Source: a virus
Length of the DNA: 64,000 nt
IMG/VR virus record: IMGVR_UViG_3300034175_000017
Coordinates: 1-64,000 of that record
Strand: one strand, 5' to 3'
Under the pieces are notes generated by a model. The model was given only the letters and a program-made list of their open reading frames with translations, searched no databases and was not told the origin of the DNA. Positions 37,282 to 46,260 of the stretch are shown here, one piece after another. Within the stretch, counting starts at the first letter, position 1, and the number at the start of each line of letters is the position of its first letter. Both the position numbers and the translations under genes were made by a program.

Positions 37282-37679
37282 TGGCCGAAACGTTCAACTT
37301 CTGTCCTAATGGTCAAGTGCCAGAAACGCTTCCGCGTGAACTGACCAGTGCCATGACTATGAACGGATGGACTTTCGTATCCAAGCCGACGACCCCTTAT
37401 GTTCGCAAGTTCCGAGTGAAGCTGCACGGCCTACGCTGGTTTCTAAACACAAACGGTTTGTATGATGTAGCGTCGTCACAAGATGTCAACGCCAAACTAT
37501 TGGAGGAGTTCTATGAGCGTCATGAAACGTGGAATCCGTTTAATTGGGTTCATCCTCATCGCGGCACTATGCTTGTACGGTTTGCCAGCCCTGTTATTGT
37601 TCCTGCTGCTCTCCCAGCAAGCGGAGGCTTTATTGAACCTGTTGAAGTAAACTTCGTTCACCACAATCCGGGCTACTAA
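37281..37679 (+). CDS. Minor tail protein M / distal tail protein
   Basis: METF-like start, LEEFYERH..WNPFNW.HP; follows the tape measure gene. Confidence 0.75.
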   Translation: MAETFNFCPNGQVPETLPRELTSAMTMNGWTFVSKPTTPYVRKFRVKLHGLRWFLNTNGLYDVASSQDVNAKLLEEFYERHETWNPFNWVHPHRGTMLVRFASPVIVPAALPASGGFIEPVEVNFVHHNPGY

Positions 37680-37681
37680 TC

Positions 37682-38233
37682 ATGGTTTCTCTTAAGACAG
37701 TTGGTGAGCGTTTCTATCATCACTTTGAAGTCATTGATAATGGCACAGGATTTGTGCGCGGCATCTTGTCTGAGACTGAACAGCAGTCGCAGCCATCGTA
37801 TGTGTTCGTTGCACCACGTCACGTCTTCCGCACGCCGCACCCTACGGCCTTGCGCCCCGGCATGGCTATTCGTGATCGCATCGGTGACGTGTTCATTGTT
37901 GGCGTCAACGGCCCCTCGGAGCGTCGTGAGGGAACACTGTGGCAGAGCTTCCGTCTGATGCAGGCCACTGGCCAATACACTTGGACTCGCCGCCGCAGGA
38001 TCATGGACCCTATCACCAAGACGCTGCGCGAGAACGGCGTAGAAGACAAGGGCCTGATATGGGCTGCGCTTGAAGCACTGGACCGTGAGGTTACTGACCG
38101 TGAGATGCGTCAGAACTTTGAGCAGCGCCGCGTCATCACTGGTGCGAACATCCAAGCTGGCGACTTGATTGACAACCAAGCCATTACCAAAGTAGACACG
38201 CAGCTAGGTTTGAGGATAGGAGTTCTCACCTAG
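37682..38233 (+). CDS. Virion structural protein (possible head-closure protein)
   Basis: Beta-rich 183 aa in the tail operon. Confidence 0.55.
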   Translation: MVSLKTVGERFYHHFEVIDNGTGFVRGILSETEQQSQPSYVFVAPRHVFRTPHPTALRPGMAIRDRIGDVFIVGVNGPSERREGTLWQSFRLMQATGQYTWTRRRRIMDPITKTLRENGVEDKGLIWAALEALDREVTDREMRQNFEQRRVITGANIQAGDLIDNQAITKVDTQLGLRIGVLT

Positions 38234-38245
38234 TCTCGTTAAGGT

Positions 38246-41200
38246 GTGCGTGTGTCGATTCAGGTTTTCAAAGGTGCAAAGGGTGGACAGAGCAGCGGCT
38301 CCGGTAGCAGCTTCGTGCAGACTGCCGACAACCTGCGTTCCGAGGATACGTTTGAAGGACTGATGGGCGTCTGCATCGGCCCTATCAAGGGACCAACGAA
38401 GGGCCTCAAGTCTGTGAAGCTCGACGGCACTGCTGTCCAGAGCGAGAACGGTGAAAGCAACTTCCCCGGCTTCATCACTATTATGTCGGACGGCAACCCT
38501 GCCAACCACCCTGAGAAGCCTATTCTTCGTCTCGGTGCTGGTGCTGCTCCTACGCCTGTCAATCTTGCTCTGACTAACCCACCCAACGGCACGTCGCAGT
38601 GGGTAACGAAGACTGTCAACAACATTGCACCTGACTATATCGACCTGCGTTTCATTGCCAATCAACTGTTCACGCAGAACAAGCAGGGCGTCTATAACGG
38701 CACCGCCAGTATTGAAATTGAAATGAAGCCAACTGGCTCGGCAACATGGGTTAATCCTATGGCCTATGCTGCTGGTGTTCCTGCTGGAACGCAAATGCAG
38801 ACTTCGATTGTTGGGTTGGTCGCTCAAGTTTATTTCAACGACTCCTATAATCAGAATGCTCAGACCGGCTATGCTGCTCAGCGAGCCTTTCAGATCACCG
38901 GCAAGACGGGTAGCCCATCTGTGCATGAGCTTCGCATGTGGGTGCCTTCGACCGGCGCGTATGCGAACCGCACTTGGGACATTCGCTGCCGTCTCGTTGA
39001 GAAAGACAGCGTTGACGCTGATCCGATCTTTGAGAAGCGCAACATCAATTGGGAGTCGGCTGCTGCCGTCTATCAGGATGAGATTGGCGAAGAGGAAGAT
39101 TGGCGCGGCGTCTCTTGGCTTCAGATTTACGGCAAGGCATCGAACCAACTTTCGGGCGTGCCTGACGTTGAGGTCGAGACCGACGCAAAGATCGTCTCTG
39201 TGCCGCCGACTTCGATCTTCAACCCTGAGACCCGCGTCTACAACGCTGGCATTTGGGATGGCTCTTGGGCGAAGGGCTGGACGAACGATCCGGCTTGGGT
39301 CATCAATGACATTATCTCTGACGAACTGAGCGGCATTTCCCTGCTCGCACCCGGCTCGTATCTAAACAAGTGGGATGCGCTGGAAGCGTCCAAGTGGTTC
39401 AGTGAGATGGTGCCTGACGGCAAGGGCGGCGTGCATCCTCGCTACAGCCTCAACGTCGTTGCCAACCAGCAGATGAAGGCCGAAGAGTTTGTTCGCTACA
39501 TGGCGGGCGCTGTAGGCGGCTTTGCGTGGGACGAAGGTGACGGCCAGTGGAGGATGAAGGTCGATAAGCCTGACAATCCCGTTGACCTGTTCACGCTTGA
39601 CAATATCGAAGGTGACTTTGTTTACAGTCACAGCGACGTGGATTCGCGCTTCAACGATTACACCGGCACGTTTCTCAATGCCGAGATGGACTATCAGGAA
39701 GATACGGTTCATCTCTACGACAATAACAGCATTGCGCTGATTGGGCACAAACCATCCAGCATTGCACTGGTGGGCTGCACCAATCGTCAAGAAGCGATGC
39801 GTCGTCTGATGATCCGTCTGCGCTCGTCTGTGAATGAGACACGGCTTGTCAGCTTCACTACGAACCGTCGTGGCCGCAACATCGAACAGCTTTCCACGAT
39901 CCTCGTAGCGGACGGCCACCTTGGCGATCAGGCCAAGCGCACCACTGGTCGCACGATCACTGTGGCTGCTGATCGCATGTCGATCATCGTGCGCGACCCT
40001 TTGCGTCTTGAGCTTAACATTCCCTACAAGCTCAAGTTCGCTTATATGAATCCGCTGTATAATCCTGCGAGCACGACGCAGCCAACGAACTCGGATTGGA
40101 CGAAGCCGACGATTGTTGCAGAGCGCAATGTCACCAACAACTTCGCACAGCGCGGCTCGGTCACGACCATCTATCTTGACGCTGCATTGCCTGCTGGTCT
40201 GCCAGACAACCTCGCCATTGCGCTTGAGGCTGCAACGCTTGTTACCCTGCCGCTGCTGTATCGCGTGACGAACGTAGAATACAGCGACGATGGCGAGCGC
40301 GTGACGATCAGCGCACTGGAAGTGGACACTGGCAAGTGGGCTGCTTCTGATGGCGTGAGCAACGTCAACACTGTCTATCAGACTTTGCGGGGCAACGTGC
40401 CAACCCCGTTGCTACCGCCTGACAACACGCTGCTGCGCGTCATGGTGACGGAAGCTGTGCAGGGTCAGAACGTCAGCCTCACCGCCAACTGGCAGCGTCC
40501 TTCAGGCGCACAGGTCAGCGGCTTCCGCGTCACCTACTCGGTGAATGGTGGCGTTGAGCAAGTGCTCACTGAGAAGACCACGCTGACAAGTGCTGACTTA
40601 GTGAACCCACCTGATGGCACCTATATCTTCAATGTTTATACGATCAATCGTAGTGGTGCGCGTTCTGCGCCCCTAGTTGGCACGGCTGTTGTCGATGCCA
40701 ATACGATTACTGCGGCTCAGGTCTTCTACTCGGGTGGCCAGCAGACGCTTGAAGACTTGCGTCCTGCTACGCCGGGTGCCACACGTAACAATCCACGCGG
40801 CGCATGGGCCAGCAATACTGACTACTTTGTGGGCGACATCTTCAGCCACCAAGGTGTGAGCTACATGGTTACTGCGGACCACAGGTCTACTGGAACTGTG
40901 CCGACCTTTGAGAAGATCGTTCTCTTTGTGGATCGCGGTGCTCCGGGTCTGAATACTGCGACGGTCTATCTGTATCAGCGCAAGGCTACTACGCCTGATC
41001 TACCAACAACTGCTGCGACCTACACGTTTTCGTCGGGTGTTCTTACCGGACACAACAACGGTTGGGTGCGAACAATCCCCACCACCAATGGTCTGCCGTT
41101 GTGGGTTACTGTCGCGTCAGCAAGCAACGACACGAACTCTGACATCATCCAGCCAAACGAGTGGGCTGGTGCCACGATTCTTGCACAGGATGGTCCTCCC

Positions 41201-43708
41201 GGCACTGGCAGCGAAGGCCCCGCTGGTCTCAACGTGGCGACGGTGTTCTTGTATAGGCGTTCGCCTGTTACAACTGTGCCGACGAAGCCGACAACGAATC
41301 TGACTTTTACGTTCGCTACGGGTCTGCTGTCTGGCGATCTTCAGGGCTGGCAGCAGACTGTTCCAACCAACGACGGCAACCTGCTTTACGTCACCACTGT
41401 TACCGCCTCGTCAGCAGACCCCACAGACGTTATTCCGGGGGCCGAGTGGGCTGCGCCTACTGTCATGGCCCAAAACGGTGCTGGTGGCTCACAGGGCTTG
41501 AACAACGCCATTGTCTACATCTACCAGCGTGCGACCAATGCTCCTACCTTGCCAACGTTAGGCGTGACCTACACGTTCTCGTCGGGTGTTGTGGCCAATC
41601 TCAACAACGGTTGGCAGGCTACCATTCCAAACGACAACGGCTTGCCGTTGTGGGTTGCTGTCGCCACGGCAAGCAACGTCAATACGACAGACACCATTGC
41701 TGCGACTGAGTGGACGGCTCCACAGATTTTGGTCGCCAGTGCCAGCGGTAGTCAGGGGCCATCGGGTATCAGCGTTGCGACTGTGTTCCTCTACAAGCGT
41801 GCCGCTTCGATCCCAACCAAGCCAACTTTGAACACGACCCTCACGTTCCAAACCGGCGTGCTGTCTGGCGATCTTCAGGGCTGGACGCAAGCTGTGCCCA
41901 CAGTCAACGCGGCTAACGATCCCCTGTATGTGACCACGGCCACTGCTGCTGCTGCTGCTGCGACGGACACGATCGCTCCTACCGAGTGGGCCACTCCTAC
42001 GGTCATGGCATCGAATGGTTTGAATGGCTCTGTCATCAAGCTGACGGCTGACCAGCAGGCGTTCCTTTTCTTGGACAACGTGGCTGTCAATCCTAACCAG
42101 CTAATCACGCTGACGGCTACGCCGCAGAATGCCAGCGAGACTATAACGTGGACGGTCTCGCCCAACGTGACGCTCAATGGAACGGGCAACACTCGCACGC
42201 TTTCGCTCGCCAACTTCGGCGGCAACCTGCAAGTGACGGTGACTGCCAAAGGAAACCTCACCAACATCACAGATACGTTCACGATCATTCGCACCGACAG
42301 GTCTACGGCTGCTGCTGGTGCAGACGTTACCTCGCTCAACACCGCGCTTGGTGACGGCAATCGCGTGCGCTTCTCCTTAATGGAGGGCGGCACTAACGGT
42401 TGGGCACCTTTGCTCGCTGTCGCTAACAATGTTTATTTTGACAAGCAAGTAATAGATGGTCGTGCTTTTATCGTAGGCACGACTCGCTTTGGTGCTGCTG
42501 GAACTGAAACAGCTAGTATCGGAACTAAGTTAGCGGTAGCACCAATTCCTGTTCGTCCTTTTGAACGTCTTAGTGTTTCAGCTTACATTGGCATTGATGC
42601 ACAAGGTCAAAATCGTGCTTGGAACTTTGTGATTTGGTGGGTTGATGCCAACGGTAACGGCATAACCAATACTTCAATTGCAAGTGGAACCGGAGGCACT
42701 CCTCTACTTTACAAGCCAGCAGCCTTTGTAAACGTGCCTGCCAATGCTTATTATGCTTGGCTTGAAGTCTATGCTGGTGCAGGCGGTGGCCCTGCTGGCG
42801 ACATGATTACCTACATCGGTGAACCAATGGTGACGACTGCTGGTTCGTCTCAGACTGTGCATCCTAACTTCACGCCGGGTCCCGGCAACGAGATGGGTGC
42901 TGACGTTACCGCGAACTCGCAGGTGACTTCAGAATACACGGTTACAACTGTAACGCTCAATGCCAATAGCAGCGGTGTTCTTGACGCGGGTCAGTTTCCT
43001 GTCACGTTGGCTCTGCCTAAGGTGCTCAAAGGCGGTCAGTTAGTGACGACCAGCGGGGATACTACCTACGCTATTTCCGGCCAGACTCCCGCTTTATCCG
43101 GTATCTCTGTTGACAACGGCGCTGGCAGTCCATCGAAGGGCCAAGTCACTCTTCCTAACACTGTGACAGGCAGCGGCAGCTTCACGCTGAACATTTACTA
43201 CAAGGGCACGCTTGTTTCGGCTCACCCTGTAGCTGTAGCTAAACAGAACGCGGTTTATGTGCCGCCACCTGTTACTCCTCCTCCCACAGGTGGAACAGGA
43301 TCAGGCGCTGCTGTCTATATGCCGACGAACGTAACGGCAGTAGCGGGAACACCGGCTGTCACTGCGGCTGCTCCTGTCTATGTGGGTTCGGGCAAGACGT
43401 TGGTGTGCAACTTGAGTGCTCAATATTCCTGCTTCGGTATCACTAGGTCCACGCGTCTTGTGGCGAAGTTCCAGTATTCTCCTGCGGGAGCCAATAGCTG
43501 GACGGACATTGGGCCATATGCCACCGGAAGTGTTACCTCTACGGATCAAGAAGGAAACCTAAATGACTATGGTGAGCTAACTATGGTTCAATCGGTCGCG
43601 CCTGCTGCGGGAAACTATGACGTTCGCCTCAATTTCTACAAAGCCTTGACCGCGAATGCGCTTCGCCTAGAACCAAACTCCGATGGTTATGCGAATGGTA
43701 ATGGCTAA
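38246..43708 (+). CDS. Tail tip / host specificity protein J with fibre-like repeats
   Basis: GAKGG...DNLRSED...GPIKG...WDGSW..WTNDPAW...GCTNRQEA.R, FN3 domain, 4 internal repeats. Confidence 0.92.
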   Translation: MRVSIQVFKGAKGGQSSGSGSSFVQTADNLRSEDTFEGLMGVCIGPIKGPTKGLKSVKLDGTAVQSENGESNFPGFITIMSDGNPANHPEKPILRLGAGAAPTPVNLALTNPPNGTSQWVTKTVNNIAPDYIDLRFIANQLFTQNKQGVYNGTASIEIEMKPTGSATWVNPMAYAAGVPAGTQMQTSIVGLVAQVYFNDSYNQNAQTGYAAQRAFQITGKTGSPSVHELRMWVPSTGAYANRTWDIRCRLVEKDSVDADPIFEKRNINWESAAAVYQDEIGEEEDWRGVSWLQIYGKASNQLSGVPDVEVETDAKIVSVPPTSIFNPETRVYNAGIWDGSWAKGWTNDPAWVINDIISDELSGISLLAPGSYLNKWDALEASKWFSEMVPDGKGGVHPRYSLNVVANQQMKAEEFVRYMAGAVGGFAWDEGDGQWRMKVDKPDNPVDLFTLDNIEGDFVYSHSDVDSRFNDYTGTFLNAEMDYQEDTVHLYDNNSIALIGHKPSSIALVGCTNRQEAMRRLMIRLRSSVNETRLVSFTTNRRGRNIEQLSTILVADGHLGDQAKRTTGRTITVAADRMSIIVRDPLRLELNIPYKLKFAYMNPLYNPASTTQPTNSDWTKPTIVAERNVTNNFAQRGSVTTIYLDAALPAGLPDNLAIALEAATLVTLPLLYRVTNVEYSDDGERVTISALEVDTGKWAASDGVSNVNTVYQTLRGNVPTPLLPPDNTLLRVMVTEAVQGQNVSLTANWQRPSGAQVSGFRVTYSVNGGVEQVLTEKTTLTSADLVNPPDGTYIFNVYTINRSGARSAPLVGTAVVDANTITAAQVFYSGGQQTLEDLRPATPGATRNNPRGAWASNTDYFVGDIFSHQGVSYMVTADHRSTGTVPTFEKIVLFVDRGAPGLNTATVYLYQRKATTPDLPTTAATYTFSSGVLTGHNNGWVRTIPTTNGLPLWVTVASASNDTNSDIIQPNEWAGATILAQDGPPGTGSEGPAGLNVATVFLYRRSPVTTVPTKPTTNLTFTFATGLLSGDLQGWQQTVPTNDGNLLYVTTVTASSADPTDVIPGAEWAAPTVMAQNGAGGSQGLNNAIVYIYQRATNAPTLPTLGVTYTFSSGVVANLNNGWQATIPNDNGLPLWVAVATASNVNTTDTIAATEWTAPQILVASASGSQGPSGISVATVFLYKRAASIPTKPTLNTTLTFQTGVLSGDLQGWTQAVPTVNAANDPLYVTTATAAAAAATDTIAPTEWATPTVMASNGLNGSVIKLTADQQAFLFLDNVAVNPNQLITLTATPQNASETITWTVSPNVTLNGTGNTRTLSLANFGGNLQVTVTAKGNLTNITDTFTIIRTDRSTAAAGADVTSLNTALGDGNRVRFSLMEGGTNGWAPLLAVANNVYFDKQVIDGRAFIVGTTRFGAAGTETASIGTKLAVAPIPVRPFERLSVSAYIGIDAQGQNRAWNFVIWWVDANGNGITNTSIASGTGGTPLLYKPAAFVNVPANAYYAWLEVYAGAGGGPAGDMITYIGEPMVTTAGSSQTVHPNFTPGPGNEMGADVTANSQVTSEYTVTTVTLNANSSGVLDAGQFPVTLALPKVLKGGQLVTTSGDTTYAISGQTPALSGISVDNGAGSPSKGQVTLPNTVTGSGSFTLNIYYKGTLVSAHPVAVAKQNAVYVPPPVTPPPTGGTGSGAAVYMPTNVTAVAGTPAVTAAAPVYVGSGKTLVCNLSAQYSCFGITRSTRLVAKFQYSPAGANSWTDIGPYATGSVTSTDQEGNLNDYGELTMVQSVAPAAGNYDVRLNFYKALTANALRLEPNSDGYANGNG
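40945..42022 (+). repeat. Four ~90-aa repeats in J
   Basis: GLNxATVyLYqR...P..PT...TF..G.l....GW...P..nG..LwV......D.I...EW..P. Confidence 0.85.
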
Positions 43709-44012
43709 GATGAAAAAGTGGCTGGTCTTTGACGAAGATGGGAAGATGCATCAGGTTCTAACGAACCCCGGCGAGGACCCGCCAGAGGGGCACATCGTTC
43801 GTGCCACGACGAAGCATACGACTGATCCTGCCTGTGAATGGTTCGACCTTGAGAAGGGCCGTTGGGTCAAGGACAACGCCAAGCGTGAGAAACTGGATAA
43901 AGAAAATCGCCGTAGCGGCGTGACAAGAGGCGAGTTGGTTGATAGGGTGGAAGCTCTGGAAGCCCAAGTCGCAACCCTGTTGGAGAGGATCAATGCCCAA
44001 GGTCAAGCGTAA
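43701..44012 (+). CDS. Tail fibre assembly chaperone-like protein
   Basis: Follows J; WFDLEKGRWV plus C-terminal coiled coil. Confidence 0.6.
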   Translation: MAKMKKWLVFDEDGKMHQVLTNPGEDPPEGHIVRATTKHTTDPACEWFDLEKGRWVKDNAKREKLDKENRRSGVTRGELVDRVEALEAQVATLLERINAQGQA

Positions 44013-44283
44013 CCCTGTCGCAGCCTCGCTGCGTTTGCCTATTAACAGACCCAAGGTCGTGAAAGACAAGCGGCGTAAGGTATTAAATCTGATACACAAA
44101 AAAGAGGGGGCTTTCGCCCCCTCTTCCTTTATCTGCGGAACGACTGTGTATCTCCGAAGCGTCGGATCATTTCTCCTGACGCTCCCTTGGTCGGTCGGTC
44201 GTCAACAAGATTGCCGGTCTCGTTCGCGTCCGCGAGGATGCCGAGGCAGGCCCGCGCATGACCGACATGATGCACGCCGCTGA
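43993..44283 (+). CDS. Small basic ArfA-like protein whose frame runs through a terminator
   Basis: GGAGAGG SD; MPKVKRNPVAASLRLPINRPKVVKDKRRK; no stop before the hairpin at 44102. Confidence 0.4.
   Translation: MPKVKRNPVAASLRLPINRPKVVKDKRRKVLNLIHKKEGAFAPSSFICGTTVYLRSVGSFLLTLPWSVGRQQDCRSRSRPRGCRGRPAHDRHDARR
44098..44130. terminator. Terminator between convergent tail and replication operons (strong on -, weaker on +)
   Basis: AAGAGGGGGC-TTTC-GCCCCCTCTT, A-run on the left and CCTTT on the right. Confidence 0.8.
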
Positions 44284-44809
44284 TAGGATCGAAGTCCTCA
44301 CCATCAAGAAGCTGATAAAGATGCCGAATGGCAGCCGCGATATAAACCCGGTAGAGAACGGGGTTGTCACGCCAGTTGTATGGGCCATACTTCTTCGCTC
44401 CGTCCATCATTGCCTGCGACTCATAGAGTAGCGCGGCACCGGGGATAAGCGACAGGTCTGGCTTCGTCAATCCGATCAGGTCCTTGGGGTTCACGCCGGT
44501 TGTCAGCGGCTCCGTCGAGTTGTCAGCTTCACCAGCATAGGTGAAATCACCAATCACGTTGGGACCAACGCCGTTGTCAATCGCAAGAGTGACATCGTGC
44601 GAGTATGCCTCAATCTCTTCGGCAGGGATCGGCTCTGGCATGTGCGAGATACCGACAGCCTGCAAGGCGGCGAGAGGATCGAACGGCTGCTCGTCGCTGA
44701 TGACTTCCGTCAGTTCCAAATCGGGCAACTGAACAGGAGCCTTACCGGCTGCTTCCAGATCGTCGGCCTCGGCTTCGCTGCCGAGGTGCATGTATTGGGA
44801 ATCGCTCAT
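44129..44809 (-). CDS. dATP/dGTP diphosphohydrolase domain protein (DUF5664) with acidic N-terminus
   Basis: [13 protein letters not shown]...GAKKYG.YNWR...A.RHL...GED.DP.SG.HH.GHA.AC..IL.DA; ATGA overlap with thyA. Confidence 0.85.
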   Translation of the reverse strand: MSDSQYMHLGSEAEADDLEAAGKAPVQLPDLELTEVISDEQPFDPLAALQAVGISHMPEPIPAEEIEAYSHDVTLAIDNGVGPNVIGDFTYAGEADNSTEPLTTGVNPKDLIGLTKPDLSLIPGAALLYESQAMMDGAKKYGPYNWRDNPVLYRVYIAAAIRHLYQLLDGEDFDPISGVHHVGHARACLGILADANETGNLVDDRPTKGASGEMIRRFGDTQSFRR

Positions 44810-45807
44810 ACTGAAACTTCCGCTTTGATTGAGGGGAGGGGGCTGTAGTTGAAGAGTTGAATATCTTCCGAGTTCAGGTCGAAGATGTCCTTGTCGCCAA
44901 CAACCTTGAGTGACGGAAAGGGTGTTGGGTTTCGTGACAACTGTTCCTTCGCCTGCTCGACGTGGTTGGCATACAGGTGAAGATCGCCAAAGGTGTGGAT
45001 GAACTCGCCCACACCCAAGCCAACTTCGCGGGCAATCAAGTGCGTCAACAGCGCGTAGGATGCGAGGTTGAAGGGCACGCCAAGAAAGATGTCGGCGGAT
45101 CGTTGATACAACTGACATGAGAGCTTTCCATCCTTGACGTAGAACTGGAACAGGGCGTGGCAGGGACGCAAGCGCATGCTGTCAATGTCAGCCACGTTCC
45201 ATGCGCTGACGATATGGCCGCGATCATTTGGCTTCTCGATCAAGCTCTTGATGACGTTGGAGATTTGGTCGATCACAAGAGGCTTCTGGATAGACCAATC
45301 CATACCCATGAACTCGGTCTCTCCGCGCTCTACGGTCGTTCGATTGGTTTCCCAAGCCCGCCACTGTTTACCATACACAGGGCCAAGCTCGCAGTTCTCG
45401 TCGCACCACTCGTCCCAAATGTGAACGCCCTTCTCTTGCAGAGGCAAGGCGCTGGTGCTGCCTGACAGCATCCACAACAGTTCCTCTACGACGCCACGAA
45501 AGAACACCTTCTTCGTGGTCAGCAGAGGAAACTCGTCCTCAATGTCGAACCGCATCTGCCGTCCGAACGTCGAGAAGGTGCCAGTGCCTGTGCGATCTTC
45601 GCGTGGCGTAGGGTCTTCCTCATGCAGATCGACTAGCTCTTGGAGCAGGCCGAGATACTGTAGCTCGCCGTGGTAGGGGCGATTGCCGTTGCGTAGCTGC
45701 GAAGCGTCCACCTGAATGACAGACGACCCGGCAACAGGCTGGAACACGCCGCCGTTGGGGTCAACGATGGCCGGTCCACCCGACATGATTAGAGGATGCT
45801 TTTTCAT
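44806..45807 (-). CDS. thyA: Thymidylate synthase
   Basis: [47 protein letters not shown]. Confidence 0.97.
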   Translation of the reverse strand: MKKHPLIMSGGPAIVDPNGGVFQPVAGSSVIQVDASQLRNGNRPYHGELQYLGLLQELVDLHEEDPTPREDRTGTGTFSTFGRQMRFDIEDEFPLLTTKKVFFRGVVEELLWMLSGSTSALPLQEKGVHIWDEWCDENCELGPVYGKQWRAWETNRTTVERGETEFMGMDWSIQKPLVIDQISNVIKSLIEKPNDRGHIVSAWNVADIDSMRLRPCHALFQFYVKDGKLSCQLYQRSADIFLGVPFNLASYALLTHLIAREVGLGVGEFIHTFGDLHLYANHVEQAKEQLSRNPTPFPSLKVVGDKDIFDLNSEDIQLFNYSPLPSIKAEVSV

Positions 45808-46193
45808 TACGCGACCTCTGGCAGGAAGTAACCCGGCATTGGATCAGGACGACCCTTGCGCGGGATTGAATAGAGGATCAGGGTGCCGCCGTCACGACCA
45901 GTGGCCATGATGTGCGTGCCTGCCTCATAGTCTGCGCGTGCCTTGATAATGGCGGGGTTGTCATTGTCCCAACCTAGCAGCGTGGCAGAACGACGAGCAA
46001 CAGTGTGCTTCCGAATGTCAGGGCGACCAAGGCCACCATAACGCTCTTCGGCTGTGACGACGCGCTCTTGCTGGCTGTTGATGACCGAGAACACTTCGTC
46101 AACGCTGACACCTACGGAGGTGGCAGTCTTGAAAGGGGAGCGGGTCTGCTTGTAACGCACAAGTATGTCCGCGATGACTTCGGGGGTAAGCAT
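45807..46193 (-). CDS. Hypothetical protein (possible N-terminal HTH)
   Basis: AGGAG SD; [16 protein letters not shown]. Confidence 0.6.
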   Translation of the reverse strand: MLTPEVIADILVRYKQTRSPFKTATSVGVSVDEVFSVINSQQERVVTAEERYGGLGRPDIRKHTVARRSATLLGWDNDNPAIIKARADYEAGTHIMATGRDGGTLILYSIPRKGRPDPMPGYFLPEVA

Positions 46194-46260
46194 TTCTAAA
46201 TCTCCTGTGATACAGCCAGATACAACTAAGCTCTGCTACTGCAAAACGAATATCAGGCTA

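Noticed and set aside
40945-43708. Diversity-generating retroelement or invertible tail-fibre switch
   Set aside because: No reverse transcriptase, invertase, adenine-specific TR/VR pair or inverted crossover sites seen.
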